Source of the DNA: Octopus sinensis
Lineage: Eukaryota
DNA length: 64,000 nucleotides
Reading direction: 5' to 3'
Assembly (NCBI RefSeq): GCF_006345805.1
Contig: NC_043003.1
Span: forward strand, 63,860,001-63,924,000
A program made the position numbers and the translations under genes. Positions 26,520 through 39,859 of the stretch are shown here, piece by piece (the first letter of the stretch is position 1; each line of letters begins with the position of its first letter). The notes under the pieces were generated by a model that searched no databases, was not told the DNA's origin, and saw only the letters and a list, made by a program, of their open reading frames with translations.

Positions 26520-26630
26520 GTCACATCACGTAAATAAGCCCTGCTGAATCTCCGTGCTGTTTTTACACGTCAGTTACGTGAGGATCGGTCAGCCAATGGG
26601 AAATATGTGTCCATCCGCCATCTTGTTATT
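26520..26630. promoter_or_regulatory. Candidate promoter/enhancer motif cluster
   Basis: TCACGTAA (26526), CACGTCA (26566), TTACGTGA (26574), AGCCAAT (26591) and CCGCCATCTTG (26615, YY1-like) in unique CpG-containing sequence. Confidence 0.35.
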
Positions 26631-27153
26631 ATTTATCTGTAGATGGGGTTTTTTGTGTTCTTTTTTCGTCATGAAGGCCATTAAAAGCCGCATAATCCTG
26701 CTCAGGAACTACAAAGTATGGCCAATGTCTCACCTAATTAAATATTTGTATATGTGTATAAGCATGTGTGTGTGTGTGTGTGTGTGTGTGTTTGTGAGTA
26801 TGTTGTGCGCAGCAGTGTTTGTGTGCGAATGTGTGCATCTGTATGCAAACGACACGTGAAAGTGCGTGCATGTGTCTATCGATACATACATACACACACA
26901 CATACATCGTATATACATACGTATGTACATATCTATGTACGTATGTATGTATGTATGCATGTCTGCACAAATATACAAACACACACACACATATATGTGT
27001 GTGTGCATATGTGCGTGTGTGTCCGTGTGTCTGTATGTGTGTGCGTGCACGTGTGTATGTGGTGTGTGTGTATGTATGTGTGCGTGTGTGTCCGTGTGTC
27101 TGCATGTGTGTGCGTGTGAGTGTGTGTGTGTGCGTGTAATATTCTGATGATCT

Positions 27154-27199
<46 letters not shown>

Positions 27200-27205
27200 T
27201 ATATA

Positions 27206-27856
27206 TATGCAGAGTGTTTGGGCTAAATTTGACAATTATTTTTTGCCCTTTTTTTTCAGCAACAGTTTGATGTATTGATGAACAGTCAAAGGCGTTGGAG
27301 AGCATAAAAATTAAAGTTGTATTTGAGAAAAAGTTAGCTGACATGGCAGACTGGAACCCATCTGGATATTAGAAAAGGGTTATCTGTGTCAGGAAGATTG
27401 GCGCCGGGTACCGAAATGCCGACATATTGACTGCAGCTCAATACTCTGTGAACGCTGTAAATGCAGTGATATTATGAAAAATCAAGTCCCACCAAACATT
27501 GACGATCTTTGCGTGTGTCTTTAGTGAGGTTGCGGTCACGGTGTCCCATATCTTCTAACAGAATCTCCGGCTTAATTCAAACGGCTTTGTGAATCTGCTG
27601 GAGACGGTGGTCAAACTCTACATGAAGAGGGATTGCTGCTGGAAGGTCATATGTGTGGCAGTAGGTATCGACTGTTTGCCTTACCTCCGGAAAGAGTCAA
27701 ATATCGTTGTCGGAGAATTTCTGCGATTTAACGAGTTTCAGTTTCTGGCTGTCTAATTTACCCCATTGTAATCCCATAGATTACGGGGTGGAGTGCACGG
27801 TTGAGAAAGAAACCAACCGCCCTACCTGTAACACCAAGGCAGAGCTGATCAGTTTA
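27206..27856 (+). pseudogene. Decayed maT/DD37D-like transposon fragment
   Basis: Remnants of KSSPTKH..VFSE..LETVVK..GRSYVWQ..LSENFCD..WLSNLPHCNPIDYGVECTVEKETNRPTCNTKAEL. Confidence 0.7.
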
Positions 27857-28059
27857 TATATATATATATATATAATATATATATATACACACATACATAT
27901 ATATATACATATATATATATACATACATACAAACATACATACATACATACATGCATGCATGCATACATACAAACATACATACATACATACATACATACAT
28001 ACATGCATGCATACATACATACATACACTTATTACACACGTATAAATACGTATCGGCCG

Positions 28060-28174
28060 CAGAAATCCGCGACATACAGAGGAGTCCGCGATATAAATTC
28101 AAATATATTACCCAGAAAAATCGGTGATGTACTGAGTGTGCGAAAGGCGCCAGCCGCGATGTGGCGAGTGATTA

Positions 28175-28177
<3 letters not shown>
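28060..28177 (-). mobile_element. Short pogo/Tigger-like terminal fragment
   Basis: Minus end ta|cagtaatcactcgccacatcgcgg resembles pogo-type TIRs; other end not found. Confidence 0.35.
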
Positions 28178-28215
<38 letters not shown>

Positions 28216-28218
<3 letters not shown>

Positions 28219-29337
28219 GGTGCGGTGAATAAATTGTCGTCTAAATTGCGCAAACATGCAAATAACACCGATATGTTATTTTAACTGATATCTTTACCAG
28301 AATTACATAAAAATATCTTGACATACTAAAGAGTAAATTTATTCAATAAAATCGCCATTGGCTTCAACCACGGCCTCCAAACGACTTCAGAATCTTCTGC
28401 AACTCTTCTGGAGGGTCTCCTTATTTAAGTTGGTGTAAGCTGCCATAATCTTTGCCTTCAGTTCATCTTTGGTGTTAGGAGTTTTATTGGTTTCTTGCTC
28501 AACTGCACCCCACACATAATAATCAAGGGAGTTAGGTGTCCAGATGTTAGAGGTGATGTGGTCGCAGAAATTGTCTGACAACCATGACTGGGTTATCCTG
28601 TTTGTGTGGCATGGTGCAAAGTCTGTTGCCAGACATAGGGTCCTCCATCAGCTACACCATGATGTGGACTGGATGTTTGATTTTTATTACTCTCAGCACA
28701 TGTTTTGGGGACACAACAAGCCAACGTTTGTTCCGTATGTTCAGCAAATGATCCTGGCAGAATTTTTTCTAGTCTGAGAAAAACCAAATCATATTCAGTT
28801 GGAGGGGATGCTTGAGTTTCATCAAAGGCTTCGTAGCGTGGTCTTGCCTCTTGTCCTTGATGGCTTCAGATAAAAATTAGTCCTTTCTCATCTTGTATGA
28901 AGAATACCGAATGTCTTCATGCACTACCTGCCTGATAAGAAACTCAGACACTCCTATGTCCCTGGCGATGGACCTGATTGACTTGGAGGGCTCGTTGTCA
29001 ACCATCGCCTGGATCTCACCAACAAAGTCAGGAGTTCTTCCTTAATCAGAACGATTTGAATGAGTTTTCCGAGCTGCTGTACCTTCGTAATTCCCATTAG
29101 ACTCATCCAACTCTTTCCGAATCATCTGCACAGTCTTCAGATTGACACCCCAAAGCAGCAGAAAATGTTGTTTCTAAATTTCTGGCAGAGTGAATTGCGA
29201 CATGGTGCTGTTTTTTTTTCCACAGAGGGTGCCAAACTGACCCTACTATACTGTGTAGTCAACAAAATCAAAAACAAATAATACGCATGCGCGAAATAAA
29301 AAATATAAAATGGTGACAATTTACCCATTGCATCCTG
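28216..29337 (-). mobile_element. maT/DD37D-like transposon with decayed transposase, TA-flanked
   Basis: TIRs cagggtgcggtgaataaattgtc / gacaatttacccattgcatcctg; minus frames GPYVWQQ...SWLSDNFCDHITSNIWTPNSLDYYVWGAVEQETNKTPNTKDELKAKI...RLEAVVEANGDFIE*. Confidence 0.85.
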
Positions 29338-29357
29338 TATACACACACATGTGTATG

Positions 29358-29398
<41 letters not shown>

Positions 29399-29641
29399 CC
29401 TTAAGGCAGATTATCAAAGAGAAATTTAGTTTTTATGTGAATCAAAGACAGCTGTTACCCAACAGTTCTTCATAATTCAAGCTGCAACATAAATACACAG
29501 AAATACTTCTCCTCGCGCAGAGACTTTGCTTCTGTGATCGTTACAGATCCCGATAGCACCAAAATCTACCACCGCCACTGTCAGCACCACTACTGCTGCT
29601 ACTCTCACCACCGTCGCTACCCCTTTCACCAGCAGCAGCGT

Positions 29642-29997
29642 GGAGGTGCAATGGCCCAATGGTTAGGGGAGCGGACTCGCGGTTTCGATTCCCAGACCGG
29701 GCGTTGTGTGTGTTTATTGAGCGAAGACACCTAAAGCTCCACGAGGCTCCGGCAGGGGGTGGTGGCGACCCCTGTTGTACTCTTTCGCTCCAACTTTCTC
29801 TCACTCTTTCTTCCTGTTTCTTGTCCCCGACTTCCTACGCAACCGCTGAGCCTGGATGCGCACTCATCCATCCGTCGATGCTCTCGGTGTCGGAGGTTGA
29901 CCTGCTTTCTCTTCTGCGGGTCTTACGAATAGCAATGGACCACGTTTCGGACTACTCTCATCTTGCGAGCTCTGGCACGAAGACCGTTCGCTCAACA
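29642..29997 (+). mobile_element. tRNA-derived SINE family D followed by (CAGCAA)/(CAC)/(CTA) repeats
   Basis: A box gcaatggcccaatggttagg; B box ggtttcgattccc; distinct body. Confidence 0.7.
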
Positions 29998-30057
29998 GCA
30001 ACAGCAACAGCAGCACCACCACCACTCACCACCACTACCACCACAGAAACAACATCT

Positions 30058-30088
<31 letters not shown>

Positions 30089-30489
30089 GTTAGCGACCAA
30101 TCGTAAATGGCCCGTGTATCCCGTTCACTTCCCTTTCGATTTCAACAATCATATTATTGCGCGGTCAAAAATCCTGAAACGTGCCAGTAATCGGCTTTAT
30201 GGAGCGGATAAAGAATTATTGGAACCAAATCCAGCCAAAATGAAACCCCTTCGCAACGAAGCAGCTTTGATTTAATGCATATTTCGTTATCTGAAAAATA
30301 GTCGTCACACATAGCAGCCATTTGTTAATTCCAACTTGCTCGTTTTCATTAACACAACCGACCAGTCAACAGCTGCCGTTGACGAAAGTGACAAAATAAA
30401 CGTGAGCAAACATACCTTTCTGTCTATCTACTTAGTTAAACATCTATCTACATACCTGCATGCATACCTTAATAGACACACATACGCAT

Positions 30490-30900
30490 GCATGCATACA
30501 TACATACATACATACATACATACATACATACATACATACATACATACATACATGCATGCATACATACATGCATGCATACACATATGCATTCATCCATCTA
30601 TCAATACATACATATATGCATTTATGCACACATATATACATACATACATTCTTGCATGTATGCACCCATATATACATACAAGCTTATATCTATCCATCTA
30701 CACATACCTACTACCTACTTACATGCATGTATGCATCCGTCGATCCATCCACCCAACCAACCATCCATCCATCCATCCATCCATCCATCCATCCATACAT
30801 ACATACATACATACATACAAACGTACATATATGCATACATACATACATACATACGTACCAGCATATATATATGCATAAATACATACGTACATACATACTG
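30490..30900. repeat. (TACA)n/(TCCA)n compound microsatellite
   Basis: Direct reading. Confidence 0.92.
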
Positions 30901-31653
30901 GGAAATAAAAGATGATGTCCAAACTCAACCCAGATGTGAATGTGAAGATAAATTACATACAACAATATACACTTCTTGCACACCTTTTTATTGGCTACAA
31001 CTCCGCAATTCTGGAAAAAAAAAAGAAAACCCATAATTACAATATTAAAATAAAATAGTTTATATTACGATCATGAATGAACGTTCCACCATCCTCATAT
31101 TACTAATGGCGTTTTTCTTTTTAATTGTATGACATAACTTAATGGTATCGCTCATATCGTAGCATATTTCCTCACGAACAGAAGCGAGATGAATGAGACA
31201 TAAAAAGGGAATTACTGAGGTTAATTACTTACAGAAGGAAGGCATTCGGAACGTGTTTTCTCATTTAGGAGATATCGCCCGATTGCTTGCTACAGTCAAA
31301 TTGACCCGATTAACTCGGTGACTGATGTAAAATTTGAAACATTTTGGCACATACGCGAAACAAGAGCTCTAAGCAGACTGAAGTAACGCGTTTCGTTCTA
31401 ATTACACCTCTTTAGGACTGTATAAAACCTTTATAATTAGATTAGTAGCACCTTCTTTTTTTCTTCATACAATAACAAAAGAAGTCTCCAGACTCAACGG
31501 TAATTAAAGATGAGTTGGTGGGGAGAACGGGAAAATATGTATGTAATGAAAAAGATAAGCAAGGACAATAGACACATAGATGTGCGCACACATATACGCA
31601 TGCACATACGCACACGCACTCATACACACATACATACACACGCATGCACATAT

Positions 31654-31693
<40 letters not shown>

Positions 31694-31740
31694 CTCTAAA
31701 TGCTGAAAATTATTGATTTTTTCATCGAAACTGTTTCGTT

Positions 31741-32018
31741 CAGTGTTTCTCAACCATTTCCCCCCTATGAACCTCTTTGATTTCTGTTTTATTTGGGTGG
31801 ATCCTCGTTGCCATTTGATGTTTAAAAAACCCCATTATTATATTTTTATAATTGAATATAGTTAAGAATTGTATAAAAATGATTGTTAATATATTTTGGG
31901 TATTTTACAAATATAACCAACTTACTGCACATAAACTTTAACAACCAAGTCTTATATGGATTCCCAGAGGTCATAAGGACCCCCTAAAGGTCATAACGGC
32001 CCCGGCTGAGAGCCCCTG
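31741..32018. mobile_element. hAT-like MITE
   Basis: Ends cagtgtttctcaacc and ggctgagagcccctg; TSD imperfect. Confidence 0.55.
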
Positions 32019-32069
32019 GTTTAGGCAGAAGTTAACATCTTAACTTTAGAGACAATATCTCCATGGACA

Positions 32070-32472
32070 CGAAGGTAGCGAACTGGCAGAAACGTTAGCA
32101 CACCGGGCGAAATGCGTAGCCGTATTTCGTCTGCCGTTACGTTCTGTGTTCAAATTCCACCGAGGTCGACTTTGCCTTTTATCCTTTCGGGGTCGATAAA
32201 TTAAGTACCAGTTACGCACTGGGGTCGATATAATCGACTTAATCCTTTTGTCTGTCCTTGTTTGTCTTCTCTGTGTTTAGCCCCTTGTGGGTAGTAAAGA
32301 AATAGGTATTTCGTCTGTTACTACGTTCTGAGTTCAAATTCTGCCGATGTCGACTTTGCTTTTCATCCTTTTCGGGGTCGATAAATAAAGTACCAGTTGC
32401 GTACTGGGGTCGATCTAATCGTCTGACCCTTTCCTCCAAAACATTTCAGACCTTGTGCCAAGAGAAGAAACG
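32070..32472 (+). mobile_element. Dimeric SINE family A with 16-bp TSD
   Basis: aatatctccatggaca at 32054-32069 and 32473-32488. Confidence 0.92.
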
Positions 32473-32811
32473 AATATCTCCATGGACAAGAAAAGGGGGA
32501 TTAACCGGAGTCACTTTAATGTTCTGTTAAGATTTCCTCATTGAATCAATACTCTCATTAACTCTCCACAGAGATTCAACTCTATAACCCACGATGGTAA
32601 ATGTCTTAAGTAAATCGGATAAACTAATTCGCATGTTATAATGCAATCTTGGTATCTAAGTAGATTTATTAATTACTGACTCATTATCAGTGTTACAACT
32701 TCCATACTTTATCGTACAATAGTCTACATCTACAATTAATTTTCAGACAGCATTGTGTGTGTAGAAAACTGAAAACACTTTCATACACAATATGTTTATA
32801 CAATATGTTCA

Positions 32812-33212
32812 GGGATAAGGCGACGAGCTGGCAGAAACGTTACCACGCCGGGCGAAATGCTCAGCGGTATTTCGTCTGCCTCTGAGTTCACATTCCGCCG
32901 AGGTCGACTTTGCCTTTCATCCTTTCGGGATCGATAAATTAAGTACCAGTTACGCACAGGGGTTGATGCAATCGATTTAATCCATTTGTCTGTCTTTGTT
33001 TGTCCTCTGTATGTTTAGTCCCTTGTGGGCAATAAAGAAATAAGAAACGTTAGCACGCTAGGTGAAATGTTTAGCAATATTTCATGCCTTTACATTCTGA
33101 GTTCAAATTCTGCCGAGGTCGATTTGCCTTTCATTTTTTCAGGGTCGATTAATTAAGTACCTAATCGACTGGCCCATCTCCAAAAATTTCGGGCCTTGTG
33201 CCTAGTAGAGAA
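32812..33212 (+). mobile_element. Dimeric SINE family A with 9-bp TSD (aatatgttc)
   Basis: Two tandem units; flanking direct repeat. Confidence 0.85.
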
Positions 33213-33289
33213 GAATATGTTCGTGGAGAGAAAAGAGTAAAACAATCGGATTCTTTTCAGTCTTGCGTAGGGATTTTATCAAATACAAG

Positions 33290-33625
33290 GGACAGGCAGG
33301 GTTGTATAGCTAAGAAGCTTGCTTAGCAGCTAGATGGTCTTGCGTTCAGTCCCACTGCATGGTACCTTGGCCTAGCGCCTCCTTCTATAGTCCATGCTTC
33401 ACCAATAGCTTATGAGTGAATTTAGTAGACATATATGTGTGTGTGTGTGCGCCTTGGAGCTGTTTGTTCAATACCACCGCTTGACAACCGGTGTTGATTT
33501 GTTCGCGGTTTTGGTAAAAGAATGCGATAAAATAAGTACCAGACTTCAAAGCATGAGCCTAGACAATTTGTTCGACTAAAATTCTTTAAGGCATGGAGGC
33601 AGCCCGATGACAATCAAGTAAAACA
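33290..33625 (+). mobile_element. Degenerate SINE family B
   Basis: gcgttcagtcccactgcatggtaccttgg...cttgacaaccggtgttg. Confidence 0.65.
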
Positions 33626-33670
33626 TAAGAAATATTGAGCACTAGCTTTAGATATTCCATAATACCGCAT

Positions 33671-34086
33671 AAAGCGGCGAGCTGGCAGAAACGTTAGCAC
33701 GCCGAGCGAAATGCTCAGCGGTATTTCGTCTGCCGCTACGTTCTGAGTTCAAATTCCGCCGAGGTCGACTTTGCCTTTCATCCTTTCGGGGTCGATAAAT
33801 TAAGTACCAGTTACGCACTGGGATCGATTTAATCGACTTAATCCGTTTGTCTGTCCTTGTTTGTCCTCTCTGTGTTTAGCTCCTTGTGGGTAGTAAAGAA
33901 ATAGGTATTTCGTCTGCCGTTACGTTCTGAGTTCAAATTCCGCCGAGGTTGACTTTGCCTTTCACCCTTTCGGGGTCGATAAATAAAGTACCAGTTGAAC
34001 ACTGAGGTCGATGAAATTGACTTAATCCCTCTGTCTGTCCTTGTTTGTCCCCTCTATGTTTAGCCCCTTGTGGGCAGTAAAGAAAT
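33671..34086 (+). mobile_element. Dimeric SINE family A with 19-bp TSD
   Basis: atattccataataccgcat at 33652-33670 and 34087-34105. Confidence 0.93.
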
Positions 34087-34754
34087 ATATTCCATAATAC
34101 CGCATTATAACAACACAATGGCTTAATACTGTAAGAACACAAGTCAGTATTATTGTGCTTTTCATTAAGTGAAACCTTTTACTTGAAACATTTACACAAT
34201 AAAAAATACCTTTGTTCTTAATGGGAAGATACAGATGGCTGAATTACTGCGTCAAGTCCATCTGATTTAAGATCTAGACTTCTTCATATCTTATAAATAA
34301 CTACAAGATTAAGTTTATAACAGTATCTATTACAGAGAATATAGATGGACCCCATGCATCTAATGGACTCGCCCATCATCTTATATCTTTATAGATTTTG
34401 TTCGTGTACTGACACAATCACAGACATATGCGTGCATATATATGTATTCAAATGTGTGTGTGTGTTTATATATATATCTGTGTGAGTGTATATACATGTA
34501 GTCAAACACACACACAAAGTCACATTCACACATATATAACATTATTGCAGTTATCACATACGTATATGAAATTTGATGTGCGTGTGTAAATAGATAAATA
34601 TGCGTGCGCTTGTATGCTTTGTGTGTGCGAATGTATGCACACCATCACACCAGACACACATAATCGCACACAAACACACACATATACACTTAAGCACACA
34701 CACAGATGTAGACGCATTCAAAATTGTTTACAAACTTTGGTCTTTATTTGTAAT

Positions 34755-35135
34755 TGTTTCTCTCTCCTTCTCTCTCTCTCTCTCTCTCTCACCATCTCTC
34801 TCACACCCTCTCTCTCTCTCGCACCCTCTCTCTCACACCCTCTCTCTCCCTCTTTCTATCCCTGTCTCTCTCTCACTGTCTCTCTCTTACTGTCTCTCTC
34901 TCTCTCTCTTCCCGTCTTTCTTTCTTTCTAGCTCACACTCTCCCTTTCTCTTCCTTCGCCTCTCTCCTTATCTCTTTATCCCCATCTCTCTCTCTCACCG
35001 TCTCTCTTTCACTAACTCTCTCTCCCTTTTTCTTCCTTCGTCTCTCTCCTTGTCTTTTTCTTCACATCTCTCTCGCTTTCACTCTCTCTTATTTTCTCTC
35101 TCTTTCATTTTCTCTCTCTTTCATTTTCTCTCCCT
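34755..35135. repeat. ~380-bp (CT)-rich polypyrimidine tract
   Basis: Direct reading. Confidence 0.92.
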
Positions 35136-35865
35136 TACACACACACACACACACACACATTTAACCGTCTTCTTGCTTTAATGGTCCACCGGGAATAATT
35201 CAGTTAACAACAGAAGAAGCTGCTGTCTTCAAATCTAATGGCGCTGGCCCATCCAACCATATGAAAAGAACGAGATACACACATAAGAAAAGCGTACGTG
35301 CTTTCTTAGTCCACGGAGAGATTACTAAATACTTACAACACTTGCAAAGTTCATCTCGCAAGACTGTTTTTCAACCGACCAACAAAGAAATTAAACAGCA
35401 AAATAAATAAAAAAAAGTAAATAAATAAATAAATAAATAAATATGGCGTTTATATATTTGTTTGTTTGTGTGCTGTATTGAATGCTGTATTGAATATCAT
35501 TAATATCAAGTACTTGGAAAGAGCGTCCGATGTCTGTGTTGCCTCTTTAATAGTTATGTTTAGCTTCAGATGTTGATTATAACTCAAGTAATAAAAACAT
35601 ATGAAGTTGCAAGTGCCAGTGTGTCATCTAATAAACAAACATGGTGGACGTTAGACGTTTATTTGTTTACGTCTGTTAAAAACCTAATAATACTCGTTTC
35701 TCGATTTCGAAACACTTTCATCTGAACGTAAGCGAATCTGCTTCTCTCTCTCTCTCATTGAATCTACCTATCCATCGCCCTCTACTCTACTCTCTCTCTT
35801 TCTCTGTCTCTTTGTATTTAATTTAACCATCAATATGTCGATTCATCTATACACTCACTTACACA

Positions 35866-36100
35866 AAAGGCGGCGAGCTGGCAGAAACGTTAGCACGCCG
35901 GGTGAAATGCTTTGCGGTATTTCGTCCGTCGTTACGTTCTGAGTTCAAATTCCGCCGAGGTCAACTTTGCCTTTCATCCTTTCGGGGGCGATAAATTAAG
36001 GACCAGTTACGCACTGGGGTCGATGTAATCGACTTAATCCGTTTGTCTGTCCTTGTTTGTCTCCTCTATGTTTAGCCCCTTGTGGGTAGTAAAGAAATAT
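35866..36100 (+). mobile_element. SINE family A monomer
   Basis: Matches the family A consensus. Confidence 0.9.
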
Positions 36101-36164
36101 ATACACACACATACTATGTATCTGTGTATGTGTGCGCGTGTGTGCATACACACGTATATACTTT

Positions 36165-36575
36165 CTCTTTTACTTGTTTCAGTCATTTGACTGTGGCCAT
36201 GCTGGAGCACCGCCTTTAGTCGAGCAAATCGACACCAGGACTTATTCTTTGTAAGCCTAGTACTTATTCTATCGGTCTCTTTTGCCGAACTGCTAAGTTA
36301 CGGGGACGTAAACACACCACCATCGGTTGTCAAGCGATGGTGGGGGGATAAACACACACACATAAACACACACACACACACCACACACACACACATATAT
36401 ATATATATACGACGGGCTTCTTTCAGTTTCCGTCTACCAATTCCACTCAGAAGGCTTTGGTAAGCCCGAGGCTACAGTAGAAGACACTTGCCTAAGGTGC
36501 CACGCAGTGGGAATGAACCCGGAATTATGTGGTTGGTAAGCAAGCTACTTACCACATAGCCACTCCTGCGCCTAG

Positions 36576-36627
<52 letters not shown>

Positions 36628-36796
36628 TATACGACGGGCTTCTTTCAGTTTCCGTCTACCAATTCCACTCAGAAGGCTTTGGTAAGCCCGAGGCTACAGT
36701 AGAAGACACTTGCCTAAGGTGCCACGCAGTGGGAATGAACCCGGAATTATGTGGTTGGTAAGCAAGCTACTTACCACATAGCCACTCCTGCGCCTA

Positions 36797-36797
<1 letters not shown>
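36165..36797 (-). mobile_element. SINE family B with exact tandem duplication of its 167-bp head
   Basis: 36409-36575 appears identical to 36631-36797; the copies are separated by (TA)n. Confidence 0.9.
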
Positions 36798-36851
<54 letters not shown>

Positions 36852-37130
36852 CACACACAGAAGTATCTATATATCTTTATCTCTATATGTGTATCTGTGT
36901 ATATGTGTATGTATACACATGTCTGTCTTTTAATTTGTGCTGGTCCACCACCATCGCTTGACAACTGGTGTTTGTTTGATTACATCCCTGTAACAAACCG
37001 GTCCGGCAAAAGCGTCGGAGAGAAAAAGTGCCAGACTTTAAAATAAGAAGTGGGGTCGATTTGTTCGACCAAACCCTTCATGGCCCCAGCATGGCCACAA
37101 TCTCATGACTGAAACAAGTAAAAGATAAAA

Positions 37131-37508
37131 AATATTCTTTTCTACTCCAGGAACAAGGACCGAAATTTTGAGTGCGCAACTGGTACTTAATTTATCGACC
37201 CCGAAAGGTTGAAAAGCAAAGTCGACCTTGGCGGAATTTTAACTCAGAACGTAAAGACAATCGAAATACTGCTAAGCATTTCGCCCGGTGTGCTAACGTT
37301 TCTTATTTCTTTACTAACCACAAGGGGCTACACACAGAGAAGACAAACAAGGACAGACAAACGGATTAAGGCGATTATATCGACCCCAGTGCGTAACTGG
37401 TACTTATTTAATCGACCTCGAAAGCATGAAAGGCAAAGTTGACCTCGGCGGAATTTGAACTCAGAACGTAGCAGCAGACGAATTACCGCTGAGCATTTCG
37501 CCCGCCTT
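37131..37508 (-). mobile_element. Dimeric SINE family A
   Basis: Reverse complement of the two-unit structure; aatatt flanks. Confidence 0.88.
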
Positions 37509-37656
37509 AAAATTAAAGAATATTAACGGCCAAAACATTTTGAAAATCTGCTCTGTGTTCGTATTTGGTTACAATTATCCTGAATTAACTTATCATCGGG
37601 AATCCAGAATGATTTAGAAACGTTTTTTTTTTTCAAAACAATCGTATTTCATTACA

Positions 37657-37961
37657 TCTAAATATATAAAAGTCAGGTTGTGTGCGTATATGCGTAAACC
37701 CGCATCATTTCTGAAGTTCATAGCTGATTTTCTCCAAACTGGGAACATACATAACTTATGTTCCAGACATGGTTTTAGACTCTTAAAATTTTCGACATAA
37801 TTAGTAACGGGGCCCTTAGGACAAGTCGCTTAGTCGAATTCGCCCATCATTTACTCCAGAAATGTTTTGTCGTCAATGATGCACTTCCCCGTATCACATG
37901 TTTCAACATAACTGTAATAAATACCATTTTAATCCCGAGCAACGCCAGGTATCTCTGCTAG
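37657..37961 (+). mobile_element. Non-autonomous Helitron
   Basis: A|TCtaaatatataaaagtcagg ... cccgagcaacgccaggtatctctgCTAG|T; same 3' end type as 21223-21590. Confidence 0.8.
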
Positions 37962-38695
37962 TTGTTAATACAAGGGCTTTGAGCTAGCAGAATCGTTAGC
38001 GCATCAGTAAAAAAGGCTCAGCAGCTTTTCTTTTGGTTTGTTACGTTTTGGTTCTAATTCCACCAAGGTTGTTTGCCATTTGTCATTTCGGAGTTGATAA
38101 AATAAATACCAGTCAAGTACTGAGGTCGATTCAATAGGCTGTCCATTCCTCTCAAAATTGTTGGTCTTGGTGTTGCGCGAAAATTAGAAAACATTTTTAA
38201 TATCAAGGAAAGGAAGGCGGCAAGTTGGCAGAATCGTTACGGTGCCGAAATAGATGCTTTGCTGCCTTTCGTCCGGTTTTTACGTTCTGAGTTCAAACGC
38301 TTCCGGGATCGACTTCGGGGTCGATAAAATAAGCACCGGTTGGTGATTGGAGTTAATGTAATCGACTTACCTATTCCCAAAATTGCTGGCCTTATGTCAA
38401 AATTTGAAACTAGTATTAGGGAAGAGGTAGCGAGCGTGCATGCCGGTCAAAATGCTCAGCAACCTTTTCGCCTGATTTCGTTCTCAGTTCAAATTCTGTC
38501 AAGGTCGACTCTGCTTTTTATCCTTTTGGATTGATTAAAAAAGGACCAGTCAAGTACTGCAATCAATGTAACCTAACAACTCCCCACCCTTATAATTAAT
38601 GGTCTTGTACCAAAATTTGAAATCATTGTTAATACCAGGTAAAAATTATTTAAAAAATTCTTTCCTTATTTCAAAGATTTTTCATAAATTTTCAC

Positions 38696-38852
38696 AGATG
38701 TGGCAGTGTGGTAAGAAGCTTGCTTCCCAACCACATGGTTCTGGATTCAATCCCACTGCGTGGCACCTTGGGTAAATGTTTTCTGCTATAGCCTCGGGTC
38801 AACCAAAGCCTTGTGAGTGAATTTAGTAGACGAAAACTTAAAGAAGCCCGTC

Positions 38853-38916
<64 letters not shown>

Positions 38917-39127
38917 TTGTCCCCCCACCATCGCTTGACAACCGATATTGGTGTGTTTACATCCCCGTAACTCAGCGGTTCGGCAAAAAGAGACCGATAA
39001 GTTAAGTATTAGGCTTACAAAGAATAAGTCTTGGCGTCGATTTGTTCGACTAAAGGCGGTGCTCCAACATGGTCGCAATCAAATGACTGAAACAAGTAAA
39101 AGAATAAAGGAATAAAAGAATAAAAGA
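38696..39127 (+). mobile_element. SINE family B
   Basis: Full head, microsatellite, core and (AAAGAAT) tail. Confidence 0.9.
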
Positions 39128-39823
39128 ATATACAAATACCTTCTTGAAACATGCTTTGCTGTTGCCGTTATCCGTTCCTTTAATCATCAAAACCTACCAG
39201 ATGCTTATTCCCTCGACACAAAACAACAATTCTTCCAAGCCTGAGTCTCTAACAAAATGTGACGATACCATCATACACCTGATCTACATAACGGATTAGT
39301 TTCTTAGAAACGTTCTCAAAACCCTATTTGCTACTCTGCATCATAATGAGCTTATACTTTTCAGCAGGTACGATCAACATCATGCGAATACCATTGTGTC
39401 AGGAATTTGCATATAAGCCTAATGTATATTCATAAAGTGTTGCCATGCTTACTGTTTCACTTACATTTTGTCTATTTCTATATTCTTTATCGGTTTTTAT
39501 GTCCCCCAGTATTCTTTAAATACTATATTTAATTTTAAATACACATTTTAAAGTTTTCTTTTATTAACAACACATTTCATATTATTATCGTTCCTAATCT
39601 AATACATTTCGGCAATTTCTTTAATTCTGTTTTCGATATAAGAACTTAATATAGCAGAATGATTGTGACAAACGTCGAAGCATTTTAAATGTACATTTTA
39701 TCTTTTAATTGTTCAAGCCAGCAGACTGCGGCCATGCTGGAGCACCGTCTTGAATTTTTTGTCGAATGAATCAACCCCAGTATTTATTATTTATTCTATA
39801 GCTTGATACTTATTCTATGAGTC

Positions 39824-39859
<36 letters not shown>

